This document shows positions 9,237 through 18,415 of a stretch of 51,330 nucleotides of DNA, piece by piece. Both the position numbers and the translations under genes were made by a program. Positions within the stretch are counted from its first letter, which is position 1. Each line of letters starts with the position of its first letter. Below the pieces are notes generated by a model, which saw nothing but the letters and a program-made list of their open reading frames with translations, made no database searches and had not been told where the DNA came from. This DNA comes from Acidobacteriota bacterium (GTDB lineage Bacteria; Acidobacteriota; Blastocatellia; UBA7656): contig JBFMAU010000003.1 in assembly GCA_040755335.1 (NCBI GenBank), forward strand, positions 1 through 51,330. The letters are read 5' to 3'.

Positions 9237-11120
9237 TCATGGCCGCTCTTTCCTGCGATATATCAGAAATCGTCCCGTTGTTCCCATCCTTTCATAATCC
9301 TTCATCAATTCCCGCGTCTCCTCGTAAGACTGAATCGACATCGCGCGATTGAAAAAGCCTATCTCATCTACGATGTACCGGGGTTGCGCGCGTCGAAGTT
9401 CATCGACAAGTTCTATTCGCGCGGCGCGAGTTAATTCCTCCTCGAATACCGGACGGCTACTTTTGTCGTGATGAACATCGGACGGCACGCCCGTCAGCGG
9501 TTGCGTGGTCAGAAATCGCGACGCCGGTATCAATCCCGACCAGTAATAAATCTCTGCCCGCGCGCCCCACACGAAAAGATAATCCGACGCGCTGCGCGCT
9601 CCCTCGCGCGGGCTGTCTGCGCGCATCGCTTCCCTTCCCTCTCTTTCCGCCGCCCCAAAACCTCCCGGCCATTCGCGAACCGCCGCCGCCACCATTAGCT
9701 CTTCCCGATTCAATATTTCGTGATACCAGTCCGCGTTCATCTCGCTCCTTGCGCCTCTCATCCAATCGAAGGCAAGCGTGACAGTTCGCGCATGAAAGAC
9801 AAGCGTAGTGATGATGAAACCCGTTGCAAGCGTAGCGATAGCGGCGCGGCGAATCGCTGGCCGCCACAACCGCATCGCGCTCAGGATTCCAAAAAATCCG
9901 ACCGCTCCTATCACACACAGCGCGGGAAGAATCTGAAAGAAGTAGTTGGAATAAAATCTCCCCCCGACGGCAAGCCCAGCATAAGACGCAACGAGCCACA
10001 AAAGCATCGTTGCAGTCGATTTCATCTCGCTGTCACGCATAATCTCAGCCGCTCCGTTTTTCTTCACACGTCGAACCCACGAGACGACGACGAAGATGAG
10101 CGCGAAGAAGAGAGTGTTATTGCGGACGAGGTATTTCAAAGTGAGATACGCGCCGCGAGTGAATATGTCCCACACAGAGCGATAGCCCGCATACCCTGTT
10201 CCCCACTGCCACACATAAAGCCAGTAAAAGGAAAGCGAGCCGTTTATGGCGAGATAGATCAGAAACGGAGCGGTGCCTGCGATGAAACCGACGATTGCGA
10301 GCGTGAAGAGGTGAAGAGGTGAAGAGGTGAAGAGGTGAAGAGGTGTGGGAGTGTGTGGGTGTGGGAGTGTGGGAGTGAAGGAAGAAGTCTTATCGTTCCC
10401 ATACTCACTTGCACCCATACTCCCACACTCCCTTACTCCCACACTCCCATACTCCGTCGCTTCGTTTTCCTGAAGGAAGCGCGCGGCGATCAGCAATGCC
10501 GCGAAAAAGATCAGAGCGAAGATGCCTTTCGGGTTCGTCTGAACTGCAAGGCCCGTCATCGCGCCGCCTGCGAATGCGAAAGTGCGGCTGCGGTCGAACA
10601 CGGCGCGAACGAAAAAATAAGCCCCGGCGGTGTAGGGCAAAAGCATCAGGAAATCCGTGTTGAGTCCTTGCACGTGACTGTTTACGGAAGTGGTGCTGAA
10701 GAAAGTGAACATCGCCGCCGCTATCAGCCCCGCGCGACGGTCGTAGAGCCGCTTGGCCAGAAGATAAATCACGAAGGAGATGGCTACGGAATAAAAAATC
10801 ATGAAGAGGCGAACGACTATGATCTTCGCGCTGAAAAGCCAGAACAAGCTGTAGTAAACGAGGGCGTCGACGGGAGGTTTATCCTGATAGACTTCTCTGT
10901 AGAGCGCCTTGCCTCGGAGCATCTCTTCGGCTACGGTGAATCGCAGTCCGTCGTCGTGAAAGAGATAGCTCGCGTAAGAGAGGCGAAGCAGGAAAGTGAG
11001 CGCAAGCAGCGCGGCGAAAAACAGCCCGGTGTTCGAGAGTAGCTTACGGTCTTCGCTCCGCGGCGCATCAGATATGCTTCGCAAGTCGATCATTACTGTG
11101 TCGGGAGCCGATACTAACAC
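9237..11120 (-). CDS. ArnT/PMT-like (GT-C) membrane glycosyltransferase, paralog B
   Basis: HDDG, YQDKPP and GGRFYSNYF motifs. Clear paralog of 6419..8314. Start uncertain (GTG 11120 or ATG 11093). Confidence 0.8.
   Translation of the reverse strand: MLVSAPDTVMIDLRSISDAPRSEDRKLLSNTGLFFAALLALTFLLRLSYASYLFHDDGLRFTVAEEMLRGKALYREVYQDKPPVDALVYYSLFWLFSAKIIVVRLFMIFYSVAISFVIYLLAKRLYDRRAGLIAAAMFTFFSTTSVNSHVQGLNTDFLMLLPYTAGAYFFVRAVFDRSRTFAFAGGAMTGLAVQTNPKGIFALIFFAALLIAARFLQENEATEYGSVGVRECGSMGASEYGNDKTSSFTPTLPHPHTPTPLHLFTSSPLHLFTLAIVGFIAGTAPFLIYLAINGSLSFYWLYVWQWGTGYAGYRSVWDIFTRGAYLTLKYLVRNNTLFFALIFVVVSWVRRVKKNGAAEIMRDSEMKSTATMLLWLVASYAGLAVGGRFYSNYFFQILPALCVIGAVGFFGILSAMRLWRPAIRRAAIATLATGFIITTLVFHARTVTLAFDWMRGARSEMNADWYHEILNREELMVAAAVREWPGGFGAAEREGREAMRADSPREGARSASDYLFVWGARAEIYYWSGLIPASRFLTTQPLTGVPSDVHHDKSSRPVFEEELTRAARIELVDELRRAQPRYIVDEIGFFNRAMSIQSYEETRELMKDYERMGTTGRFLIYRRKERP
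10281..10468. repeat. Second copy of the 188-bp 8-mer repeat block
   Basis: Identical to 7505-7692. Similarity decays over the next ~60 bp. Confidence 0.9.
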
Positions 11121-11355
11121 ACTCGCGGAGTCTTATGAAATGTCGAAGAACCGTCCGGGTGCGCGAGCATAGACAGGTGTGCTAAATTGTCAGATCGAAG
11201 AAATGCGCTGGCCGATCAAGCGACCGCAGGTGAAAAGCCTTCCCCGAAAATCGAAAGATAAGAGTGGCTCAATCCTGACAGATTGCGCGCCCTGAAAGTA
11301 TGAAATTCGAAGCCGTGCAAGCTCGTTCCGCCCGCTGTTTTTCCGAGGAGACGCG

Positions 11356-14300
11356 ATGAGCAGACCAAACCCATTTCAAACGTCCGCCCAACAGCGCGTC
11401 GTGCGCGTGTTCGTCTCCTCGACCTTTCGCGACATGCACGCGGAGCGGGAAGAACTGGTCAAGCGATTCTTTCCCTTGCTCCGCGATCTTTGCGAGTCGC
11501 GCGGCGTCGCCTTCACGGAAATCGATCTGCGCTGGGGCGTGACCGATGAACAGAAGGCCGAAGGCGAAGTCCTGCCCATCTGCCTCAACGAGATCAATAA
11601 TTGTCGCCCCTTCTTTATATGTCTGCTCGGCCAGCGTTACGGATGGATTCCTGATGAAATCCCGCAGGATCTGATCGATCAGGAACCGTGGCTCGCGCAA
11701 TACGGAGATCGCTCTGTCACCGAACTGGAGATACTTCACGGAGTTTTGAACGATCCCCGGATGGCTGACAACGCGCTATTTTATTTCCGCAGCCCTGCAT
11801 ACATCGCCTCTCTTCCCGCGGATCAGAGAAGAGATTTTCTCGAAGAGCCTTCGGCTGAGGAAATCGAGCAGTATGGTTTGAGAGAGGCGCGCGCTCGCGC
11901 CAAGGAACGAAGTCGAAAGCTCGCCGATCTCAAAGACCGCATTCGCGCAAGCGGCCTCCGAGTGAGAGAAGATTATCCCGACCCGCAGTCGCTCAGCGCG
12001 ATGGTCTTTCAGGATTTGCTCGACATCATCGACCGCCTTTACCCGGAAGGATCGCAGCCCGATCTATTCGAGCGCGAAGCTCAGGCTCAGGAATTTTTCA
12101 TCTCGGCGCAAAGCCGCGCTTACGTCGAGCGCGGCAAATATAACACTATGCTCGATGAGCGGGCTTCGAACGAGCATCCGCCGCTCGTCTTTGTGGGCGA
12201 GCCGGGATCAGGCAAGACGGCTCTGCTGGCCAACTGGGCGATGGAGTATCGCAAGGCTCACCGGCAGGACTTCCTGCTGATGCATTTCGTCGAGGCTTCG
12301 CCTATGAGCGCCAACTGGGTTTCGATGGTTATGCGATTCCTTCACGAGTTAAAGACAAGGTTCCGGATATCTGAAGCGATGCCGAATCAGATGGGCCGAG
12401 TGGGAACGACTTTTGCCGAGTGGCTGCGCAGGGCTTCTTCTGCGAGCCGCATCGTCATCGTCATCGATGGATTGAACAAGCTCGAAGACCTCTTCGGCTG
12501 GTCAAAGCTTTTCTGGCTCCCACAGGAATTTCCCGCCGGAGTCAGAGCCTTTCTTTCGACTACGCCCGCGCCCCTGCTCGAAGACCTCGATGCCAGCGGA
12601 TGCGAGATGAGGCGCGTCGAACCGCTCGATGTCGAAGAGCGCCGTCAGATCATAACCCGCTATCTGGCTCAATACAGAAAGTCTTTGAGCGCAGACAGAA
12701 TCAATCGCATAGCTCGCGCGTCGCAATCAGGCAATCCGCTGTTCCTCCGATCTCTGCTCGAAGAACTGCGCGTGTATGGCGATCATTTCACCATCGACGC
12801 GAGGATCGATCATTATCTGGCGGCTCGAACGACGGTCGAGTTGCACGAAAGGATTCTGGAGCGATACGAGCAGGACTATGAGCTTGAGCGCAAGGGGTTG
12901 GTGCGCGACGCGATGAGTTTGCTGTGGGCCGCGCGCAGAGGATTGTCCGAGCCTGAACTGCTCGACCTTCTCGGATCGGGGGGAGAGCCGCTGCCGCGAT
13001 TCCAGATGGCGCAGCTTTACTTCGCCGCCAGACATCTGCTGATGGCTCGCCGCGGACTGGTGACCTTCGGCTACGATCCTCTTCGACAAGCCGTCGCCAA
13101 CAGGTATCTGAGCGCGTGGCAGGATCAGAGAGAAGTTCATCTGAGGATCGCGGATTATTTCTCGCGCCGCGAACCAAACGAGCGCAGGACGGATGAACTT
13201 CAGTGGCAGTTATTCAAAGCGAAAGAGTGGGAGAGACTGGCTTCTCTGCTGGGCGATCTCTCTTTCCTCGCCGACGCAATGGAGACCGACGATCATCAGG
13301 TCAGGTTTTACTGGGCGGAGATAGAAGCGAACTCACTCCATCGCATGACGGATGTCTATAAAGCGATGATTGATGATCCTGCGCGATACAAGGCGGGAGT
13401 TTCTTCTCTGGCCAAACTGCTGCTCGACGCGGGTCATCTCGAAGAAACCCTCGCGATGCGTGAACACCTCATCGAGTTACATACTCGATCCGGCAACCGA
13501 AAGTCGCTGGCGGCTGAGACCGGCAACAAGGCTGCCGCCCTTATGCAGATGGGCGAGTTGGATGAAGCGATCCGATTGCTCAAAGAGCAGGAGAGACTGG
13601 CCCGCGAGGAGGGAGACAGGGAATCGCTTGCAGGCTCGCTCAATAACCAGACGATGGTTCTCTATCGTCAGGGCAGATTTGACGAGGCTCTGTCGCTGCT
13701 GGAAGAACAGGAGCAGCTTTGCCGCGATCTCGATGACGAGGAAAGGCTGGGGATGGCGCTCAATAATCACGCGGCGATACTCATAGGACTGAACGAGTGG
13801 GAAGGCGCGATGCAACTTCTCGAAGAGCGCGAGCTTATATGCCGCAAGTTCGGGGATAAGGACGGGCTTGCGCGGACGCTGGGAAATATGGCTGTGGTAG
13901 CGGTGGAGATAGACGATTTCGACAGAGCCATTGCGTTGCACGAAGAAGAAGAGCAGCTTTTCCGCGAACTCGGAGACAGGCCCGGACTGGCGCGAAGTCT
14001 GGGCAATCAGGCCAATCTTTTTTACAGGCAGGATGATCTGAAAAAAGCCCTCGCCCTGCGCCGCGAGGAAGTGCAACTGTTCAGAGAAATCGGCGACACT
14101 TATGGACTGGTTATCGCTTTAAGCAACCAGGCTCTCAACCTGATCGATATCGACAGAGGACGAGAGGCTCTCGCGGCAGCCGAAGAGGCTCGCCAACTGG
14201 TGGAGGCTTATGGTCTCGACTCGTTGAGAGAGCAAGCCGCATCGACTTTGGAGAAGGCGCAGGCCAAAAGCCGTGAGGCATCGATAAGAGAATCCCTTCC

Positions 14301-14439
14301 CGTGCCTCATCGCGGAGCCGACCCCGACCGCGCCGCGCAACTCAACCTTGAGTACCAGCAAAAGCTTGCTCGATGGAAGTCGCTGCCGTGGCACAAGCGG
14401 CTGAGGGAGAAAAAACCTGAGCCGCCGAGAGGAATCTGA
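11356..14439 (+). CDS. DUF4062 + NACHT/STAND NTPase + TPR protein (NPHP3/TEP1-like architecture)
   Basis: N-terminal VRVFVSSTFRDMHAERE and IDLRWG, Walker A GEPGSGKT, Walker B IVIVIDG, GNPLFL, and C-terminal ~40-aa TPR-like repeats. Confidence 0.85.
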   Translation: MSRPNPFQTSAQQRVVRVFVSSTFRDMHAEREELVKRFFPLLRDLCESRGVAFTEIDLRWGVTDEQKAEGEVLPICLNEINNCRPFFICLLGQRYGWIPDEIPQDLIDQEPWLAQYGDRSVTELEILHGVLNDPRMADNALFYFRSPAYIASLPADQRRDFLEEPSAEEIEQYGLREARARAKERSRKLADLKDRIRASGLRVREDYPDPQSLSAMVFQDLLDIIDRLYPEGSQPDLFEREAQAQEFFISAQSRAYVERGKYNTMLDERASNEHPPLVFVGEPGSGKTALLANWAMEYRKAHRQDFLLMHFVEASPMSANWVSMVMRFLHELKTRFRISEAMPNQMGRVGTTFAEWLRRASSASRIVIVIDGLNKLEDLFGWSKLFWLPQEFPAGVRAFLSTTPAPLLEDLDASGCEMRRVEPLDVEERRQIITRYLAQYRKSLSADRINRIARASQSGNPLFLRSLLEELRVYGDHFTIDARIDHYLAARTTVELHERILERYEQDYELERKGLVRDAMSLLWAARRGLSEPELLDLLGSGGEPLPRFQMAQLYFAARHLLMARRGLVTFGYDPLRQAVANRYLSAWQDQREVHLRIADYFSRREPNERRTDELQWQLFKAKEWERLASLLGDLSFLADAMETDDHQVRFYWAEIEANSLHRMTDVYKAMIDDPARYKAGVSSLAKLLLDAGHLEETLAMREHLIELHTRSGNRKSLAAETGNKAAALMQMGELDEAIRLLKEQERLAREEGDRESLAGSLNNQTMVLYRQGRFDEALSLLEEQEQLCRDLDDEERLGMALNNHAAILIGLNEWEGAMQLLEERELICRKFGDKDGLARTLGNMAVVAVEIDDFDRAIALHEEEEQLFRELGDRPGLARSLGNQANLFYRQDDLKKALALRREEVQLFREIGDTYGLVIALSNQALNLIDIDRGREALAAAEEARQLVEAYGLDSLREQAASTLEKAQAKSREASIRESLPVPHRGADPDRAAQLNLEYQQKLARWKSLPWHKRLREKKPEPPRGI

Positions 14440-14440
14440 A

Positions 14441-14662
14441 ATGCGCACGGTCAGAGTCGAGTGTTACGCAGGCAGCCGCGCTGATGAGCGACCGCGCCGC
14501 GTCGTCATCGATGGCCGCGAGCATACAGTCGCGAGGATATTGAACACATCGATAGAAGAATCAGCCGCGACGAAAGAGCGCATACGCCGCTATACGGTTT
14601 TGACTCAGGAAGGGATGAGATTGAAAATTATTCAGGCGGGCGATGAGTGGTTTCTTGAATAG
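14441..14662 (+). CDS. Small conserved hypothetical protein
   Basis: 73 aa, VECYAG.RADERPRR motif, starts 1 nt after the upstream stop. Confidence 0.65.
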   Translation: MRTVRVECYAGSRADERPRRVVIDGREHTVARILNTSIEESAATKERIRRYTVLTQEGMRLKIIQAGDEWFLE

Positions 14663-14663
14663 A

Positions 14664-14738
14664 ACGCGGATGAACACGGATCAGGCGGATTTACACCGAT
14701 CTGATATCCGTGGGTGTCGCATCCGTGTTTATCCGCGT
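14664..14738. repeat. Inverted repeat between convergent genes (REP-like or bidirectional terminator)
   Basis: ACGCGGATGAACACGGAT / ATCCGTGTTTATCCGCGT arms (17/18 match) built from ~9-mer CGGAT units. Confidence 0.7.
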
Positions 14739-14739
14739 C

Positions 14740-15828
14740 CTATTTCCGAAGCGCGGGAACCCATCCGTCTTCGAATCGCGTGCCGACTAAAAGATCGACC
14801 AGCAGGCCGTAGCTGAGGGTGCCTTCGCGGACGCGGTTGGCTTTCAGAAAGCGGTCATACATTTTCCACTGCGCGCTGCTGATGGTCGCGCTCAATCTTC
14901 GATTCACTCTTTCCGATATGGCTCGAATGTCTGCGATGACTGCATCCGAAGGGCGAGGCGGCTTGTCGTTTTCATCCGGCCACGGCGCGTGCTGATAGAG
15001 CGCAAGCCACCCCGAATAACGAAGGGCGGCGCTGCGGGATCGAATGCAGGCAATCGCGCCCACGAAGCTGGCTTCCGACTCGTTGGCATAGCCCGCGAGA
15101 TGCGCCCATTCGTGCGCGAGGGTGAAAGGCTTTTCGAAAAAGAGAGTTTCCCCATCGAGAATGACTTCGAGACCGAACGGATTGACCATTCCCGCTATGC
15201 CAGCCGATCCGAAATAAAAATCGAACAACGATGTTTTGGGCCGCGCCGCTGCGATGTTGCGCGCCTGTCCGAGCAGAGCGATTGTCTCGCCGAAAGACTG
15301 ATGCAATTCGCCGCGCCAGGTGGTTTCATCAGGCCACTCGACGGTGCGTGCTTGCGCGTATTCCACATCGACCCGTTCGACCGCGAGGCGTTTGAATTGT
15401 TTAAGCGCCTCTTCAGTGAGCCGCTGATTGTCGTAATCGAGTCTGGCAGCGAGCGGTTGTCTTTGATAATTGAAGCCCCACAGGAAAAGAAAGCCAAGAA
15501 AGATGATTGCGGCAAGCGTCAGAGTGTTGAAGGCGAGGCGACCCATCTCGCGCCATCTTTTTCCGCGAGCTTTTTTTATGCGAAGCGCCCACCACGCAGG
15601 GATCAAAATGATAAGCGCGATGATGAGAAGATCGCCGAACGCGAAGGGCAGCAGATTAGTCGCGGGAGTGATGACGGATTGCAGGCGCGAGTAAAATCCG
15701 TTTGTGTAAAAGCGTTCGATGAAGGAAACAGGAAAAGGAAAGAGCGCAAACAGGAGAGCCAGAGCGATCGCGGATATTTTTATCATCGCGCGAAGATTGA
15801 ATCTCTTGATTGCGAGAATACACTTCAT
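14740..15828 (-). CDS. DUF3810-like membrane protein with HExxH metallopeptidase motif
   Basis: FIERFY, WGFNY.R, NPF, AHEWAHLAG..ESEA motifs. Confidence 0.8.
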   Translation of the reverse strand: MKCILAIKRFNLRAMIKISAIALALLFALFPFPVSFIERFYTNGFYSRLQSVITPATNLLPFAFGDLLIIALIILIPAWWALRIKKARGKRWREMGRLAFNTLTLAAIIFLGFLFLWGFNYQRQPLAARLDYDNQRLTEEALKQFKRLAVERVDVEYAQARTVEWPDETTWRGELHQSFGETIALLGQARNIAAARPKTSLFDFYFGSAGIAGMVNPFGLEVILDGETLFFEKPFTLAHEWAHLAGYANESEASFVGAIACIRSRSAALRYSGWLALYQHAPWPDENDKPPRPSDAVIADIRAISERVNRRLSATISSAQWKMYDRFLKANRVREGTLSYGLLVDLLVGTRFEDGWVPALRK

Positions 15829-15852
15829 ATCGGCTCATACGGGTTTTCGTTC

Positions 15853-16076
15853 AGAGCGTGTTTTGAAATTGCCTTTTGCCGCGAAGCGGCGCGAAGAAGG
15901 TAGCCAGAGGTGAAACCTCTGGAACCGGCGGCATCACCCCTCTCCGCGTTGGAGACGCGGCAGACTGTGGCGCTCCTTCAGAGCGCGAAAACTTATTGCT
16001 CCAGACCAGACGTTACACGTCTGGCTACCCTCTCGTTGCGCCTTCGGCGCAAAGTCCGCATTTCAAAACACGCTCT
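15853..16076. mobile_element. MITE-like element (224 bp) with perfect 17-bp terminal inverted repeats
   Basis: AGAGCGTGTTTTGAAAT (15853-15869) / ATTTCAAAACACGCTCT (16060-16076). Internal hairpins CCAGAGGTGAAACCTCTGG and CCAGACGTTACACGTCTGG. Confidence 0.75.
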
Positions 16077-18412
16077 CAGACGAGCTGTTTCCTGACGCGG
16101 CTTCGCGGGCCGGATTTTTTCTTCCCCGTTTTTTTCTTTCGAGCAGTCGATTGCGCTGGCCTGGTTTTTCTCGACGACTTGCCGAGCTTGTCGACGATTT
16201 CTTCGACGATGCCGCGGACTTCAGGCGAGAGTTTTTCAATCAGCGCGTCATCATTCGTGAGCAGGTAATCGATAGCGCGTGCGAGTGGAAAGAGCGGTTC
16301 TTCCAGATCGGACTCCCTAATCAACTGCCGGACGAATTCTTGATGCCCGCTCTTTGCGGCTTTCCACAACAAGAAGAACAGTATTCCCGAGATCCCTTCT
16401 CCAATATGCTCTGAATATTTCCTTGCTGCATTCCAACTTTGTCTTGCCGTATTTTCCTCGCCTTTAGCAAGAGAAAAAGTGAATTTGTTGAAGTAGTTAC
16501 CGGCGAGATTGATCCAAGCTTTGCGTTTGTCGGGAAAGCCATCAAATGCCTTATCATAACTTGTGATCGCTTCTCCATATTCTTCCAACTTGTCGAGTGC
16601 AATACCGCGATTATACCAAGCTGCATGATATTCAGGTTTGATGTTTAACGCCCTGTCATAACTTGCAACTGCTTCTTGATACCTGCCCAATTGATCAAGC
16701 GCAACGCCGCGAGCATCTAGGGCTTCATAAAAGTCAGGTTTGTTTTCAATTGCACGGTCGTAACTTGCAATTGCTTCCTCTTGCCTGCCTAATTCGGCTA
16801 GTGCCTGTCCACGGAGAAACCACGCAGTATGCAAATCAGGATTGATTTGCAAAGCTTGGTCGGTTTGTTGAAGAACTTCATCAAATCGTCTTTTCTCAAA
16901 CGCCGATATAGTCAGATTGAGTATTGCAATCGATTCTTCCGTGCGCTTTAGTTTTGTGGTCATTGCCATGCCAATCGCATCAAGCGTTTCCTTCGAAAGA
17001 CCGGCCATCATCTCCAGCGTGAGGACTTCCTTATTCAACTTTTCAAAATCCCCGAGCATTAGATAGCTACAAACTACTCCGCTCATCGCCTCTGAGCGGT
17101 CGGAGAAATCAGGCATAGCCAAAGTCAGAAGGTAACGATGCTCAAGTGTATCTCGCGCCTCACGCATTCGACCTGCGCTCAGATACTCCCGGAAGCGAGC
17201 GTCCAGCCTTCCCGATTCCGTCCTCATCTCTTCCGCGCCGTAGTAGGACTTCATAAAATCGACCAGCCACTCCATCCGCTGGCGGGCGTCGCGCCCGAAT
17301 CGCATCTTGTACCAGATCGCGTAAAGCCGCTCGGACAAAACATAAAATGTGCTGCGCTGTCTCAGGTTCGCCGTCTGCACATAGCCAAGCTCCACGAGCC
17401 GCTTCAACTGCGCGCTTGCCTGATTCGCCGTCATCCTCGTCGCCTCGGCTACCTGAGTCGGAGTCACACCCTCGAACGTCCTGCTGCTTTCGCGGGCTAT
17501 GCAATCGAGTATCTTTCGTTGTTGAGGGGGCAGGCTTTCGGTCTTGTGTTTGTAGAAAGGAGTCGCCTCATCGAGCAGTTTCTCCAAACCGCGCTTCACG
17601 TCCGCAAGGTCTGACAACGCGACTACGCGATAGAGCATGATCGCGAGGCGAGGATTGCCGCCCGTGAAATATTCGAGCGCGCGCAATCGAGCCTTGTTCG
17701 CTTGAAGCTTTTCTTCGAAATCAGTCCTTCCATCCGCTTCCGCCCGCCGCCTCAGCAATTCCTGCATCTCTTCGAATTTCAGTCGCTCAAGGTCGTAAAT
17801 TTTGAAGAAGTTGTAAAGCGGCTGATCGTAAGCCCGCGCTTCGTGAAAGAAAGTCGTCGCGCCGCCGAGGAGCATCATCGTGCCGTCATTCATCAGCACC
17901 TCGCGCAGCCGCGCGTTATCGCGTTCGTCGTTGATCTGCTCAAGTATCAGGTCGAAGTTATCGACGAGCAGCAGCAATCGCCTGCCATGCTTTTTGCGCC
18001 AGTCCCTGATGACGGCAAGCGCCGCTTCCTGAAGGTCGTCATCGTCCCGGTACTCGCTCCTGATGGTTGCAATCTTATCGCGCAACTTCTCATCAGAAAT
18101 TTCCGTGGCCAGGTGATCGATGACCTCTATCCAAAAATCAGCGAGGTCATAAATCCCATAAGACTCTTCGGGAAATTTCACGCTCTGCCATTGCGCCGAG
18201 AGTCCCCTATCTCTGACGGCGAACTGCACCATCAGCAGCATAGTCGTTTTTCCCATGCCTCGCGGCGCGATGATGACGGCGTGCTGAACTCCCGCGCCAT
18301 CGGGCTGTCGCTCGATCAAAGACACCAGTTCATCGAGGAGATGCTGGCGAGCGACGAAAGTCGCTTTGACCTCTTCTTCGGACATCACATTGGGGTTGTA
18401 GAGAAGTTCCAT
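16076..18412 (-). CDS. P-loop ATPase (STAND-like) + winged HTH + TPR protein
   Basis: Walker A APRGMGKTT, Walker B LLLVDNF, TGGNPR, wHTH (TPTQVAE...LKRLVELGYV), TPRs (AIASYDRA, AWYNRG). ATG at 18412 (GTG at 18415). Confidence 0.85.
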   Translation of the reverse strand: MELLYNPNVMSEEEVKATFVARQHLLDELVSLIERQPDGAGVQHAVIIAPRGMGKTTMLLMVQFAVRDRGLSAQWQSVKFPEESYGIYDLADFWIEVIDHLATEISDEKLRDKIATIRSEYRDDDDLQEAALAVIRDWRKKHGRRLLLLVDNFDLILEQINDERDNARLREVLMNDGTMMLLGGATTFFHEARAYDQPLYNFFKIYDLERLKFEEMQELLRRRAEADGRTDFEEKLQANKARLRALEYFTGGNPRLAIMLYRVVALSDLADVKRGLEKLLDEATPFYKHKTESLPPQQRKILDCIARESSRTFEGVTPTQVAEATRMTANQASAQLKRLVELGYVQTANLRQRSTFYVLSERLYAIWYKMRFGRDARQRMEWLVDFMKSYYGAEEMRTESGRLDARFREYLSAGRMREARDTLEHRYLLTLAMPDFSDRSEAMSGVVCSYLMLGDFEKLNKEVLTLEMMAGLSKETLDAIGMAMTTKLKRTEESIAILNLTISAFEKRRFDEVLQQTDQALQINPDLHTAWFLRGQALAELGRQEEAIASYDRAIENKPDFYEALDARGVALDQLGRYQEAVASYDRALNIKPEYHAAWYNRGIALDKLEEYGEAITSYDKAFDGFPDKRKAWINLAGNYFNKFTFSLAKGEENTARQSWNAARKYSEHIGEGISGILFFLLWKAAKSGHQEFVRQLIRESDLEEPLFPLARAIDYLLTNDDALIEKLSPEVRGIVEEIVDKLGKSSRKTRPAQSTARKKKTGKKKSGPRSRVRKQLV

Positions 18413-18415
18413 CAC

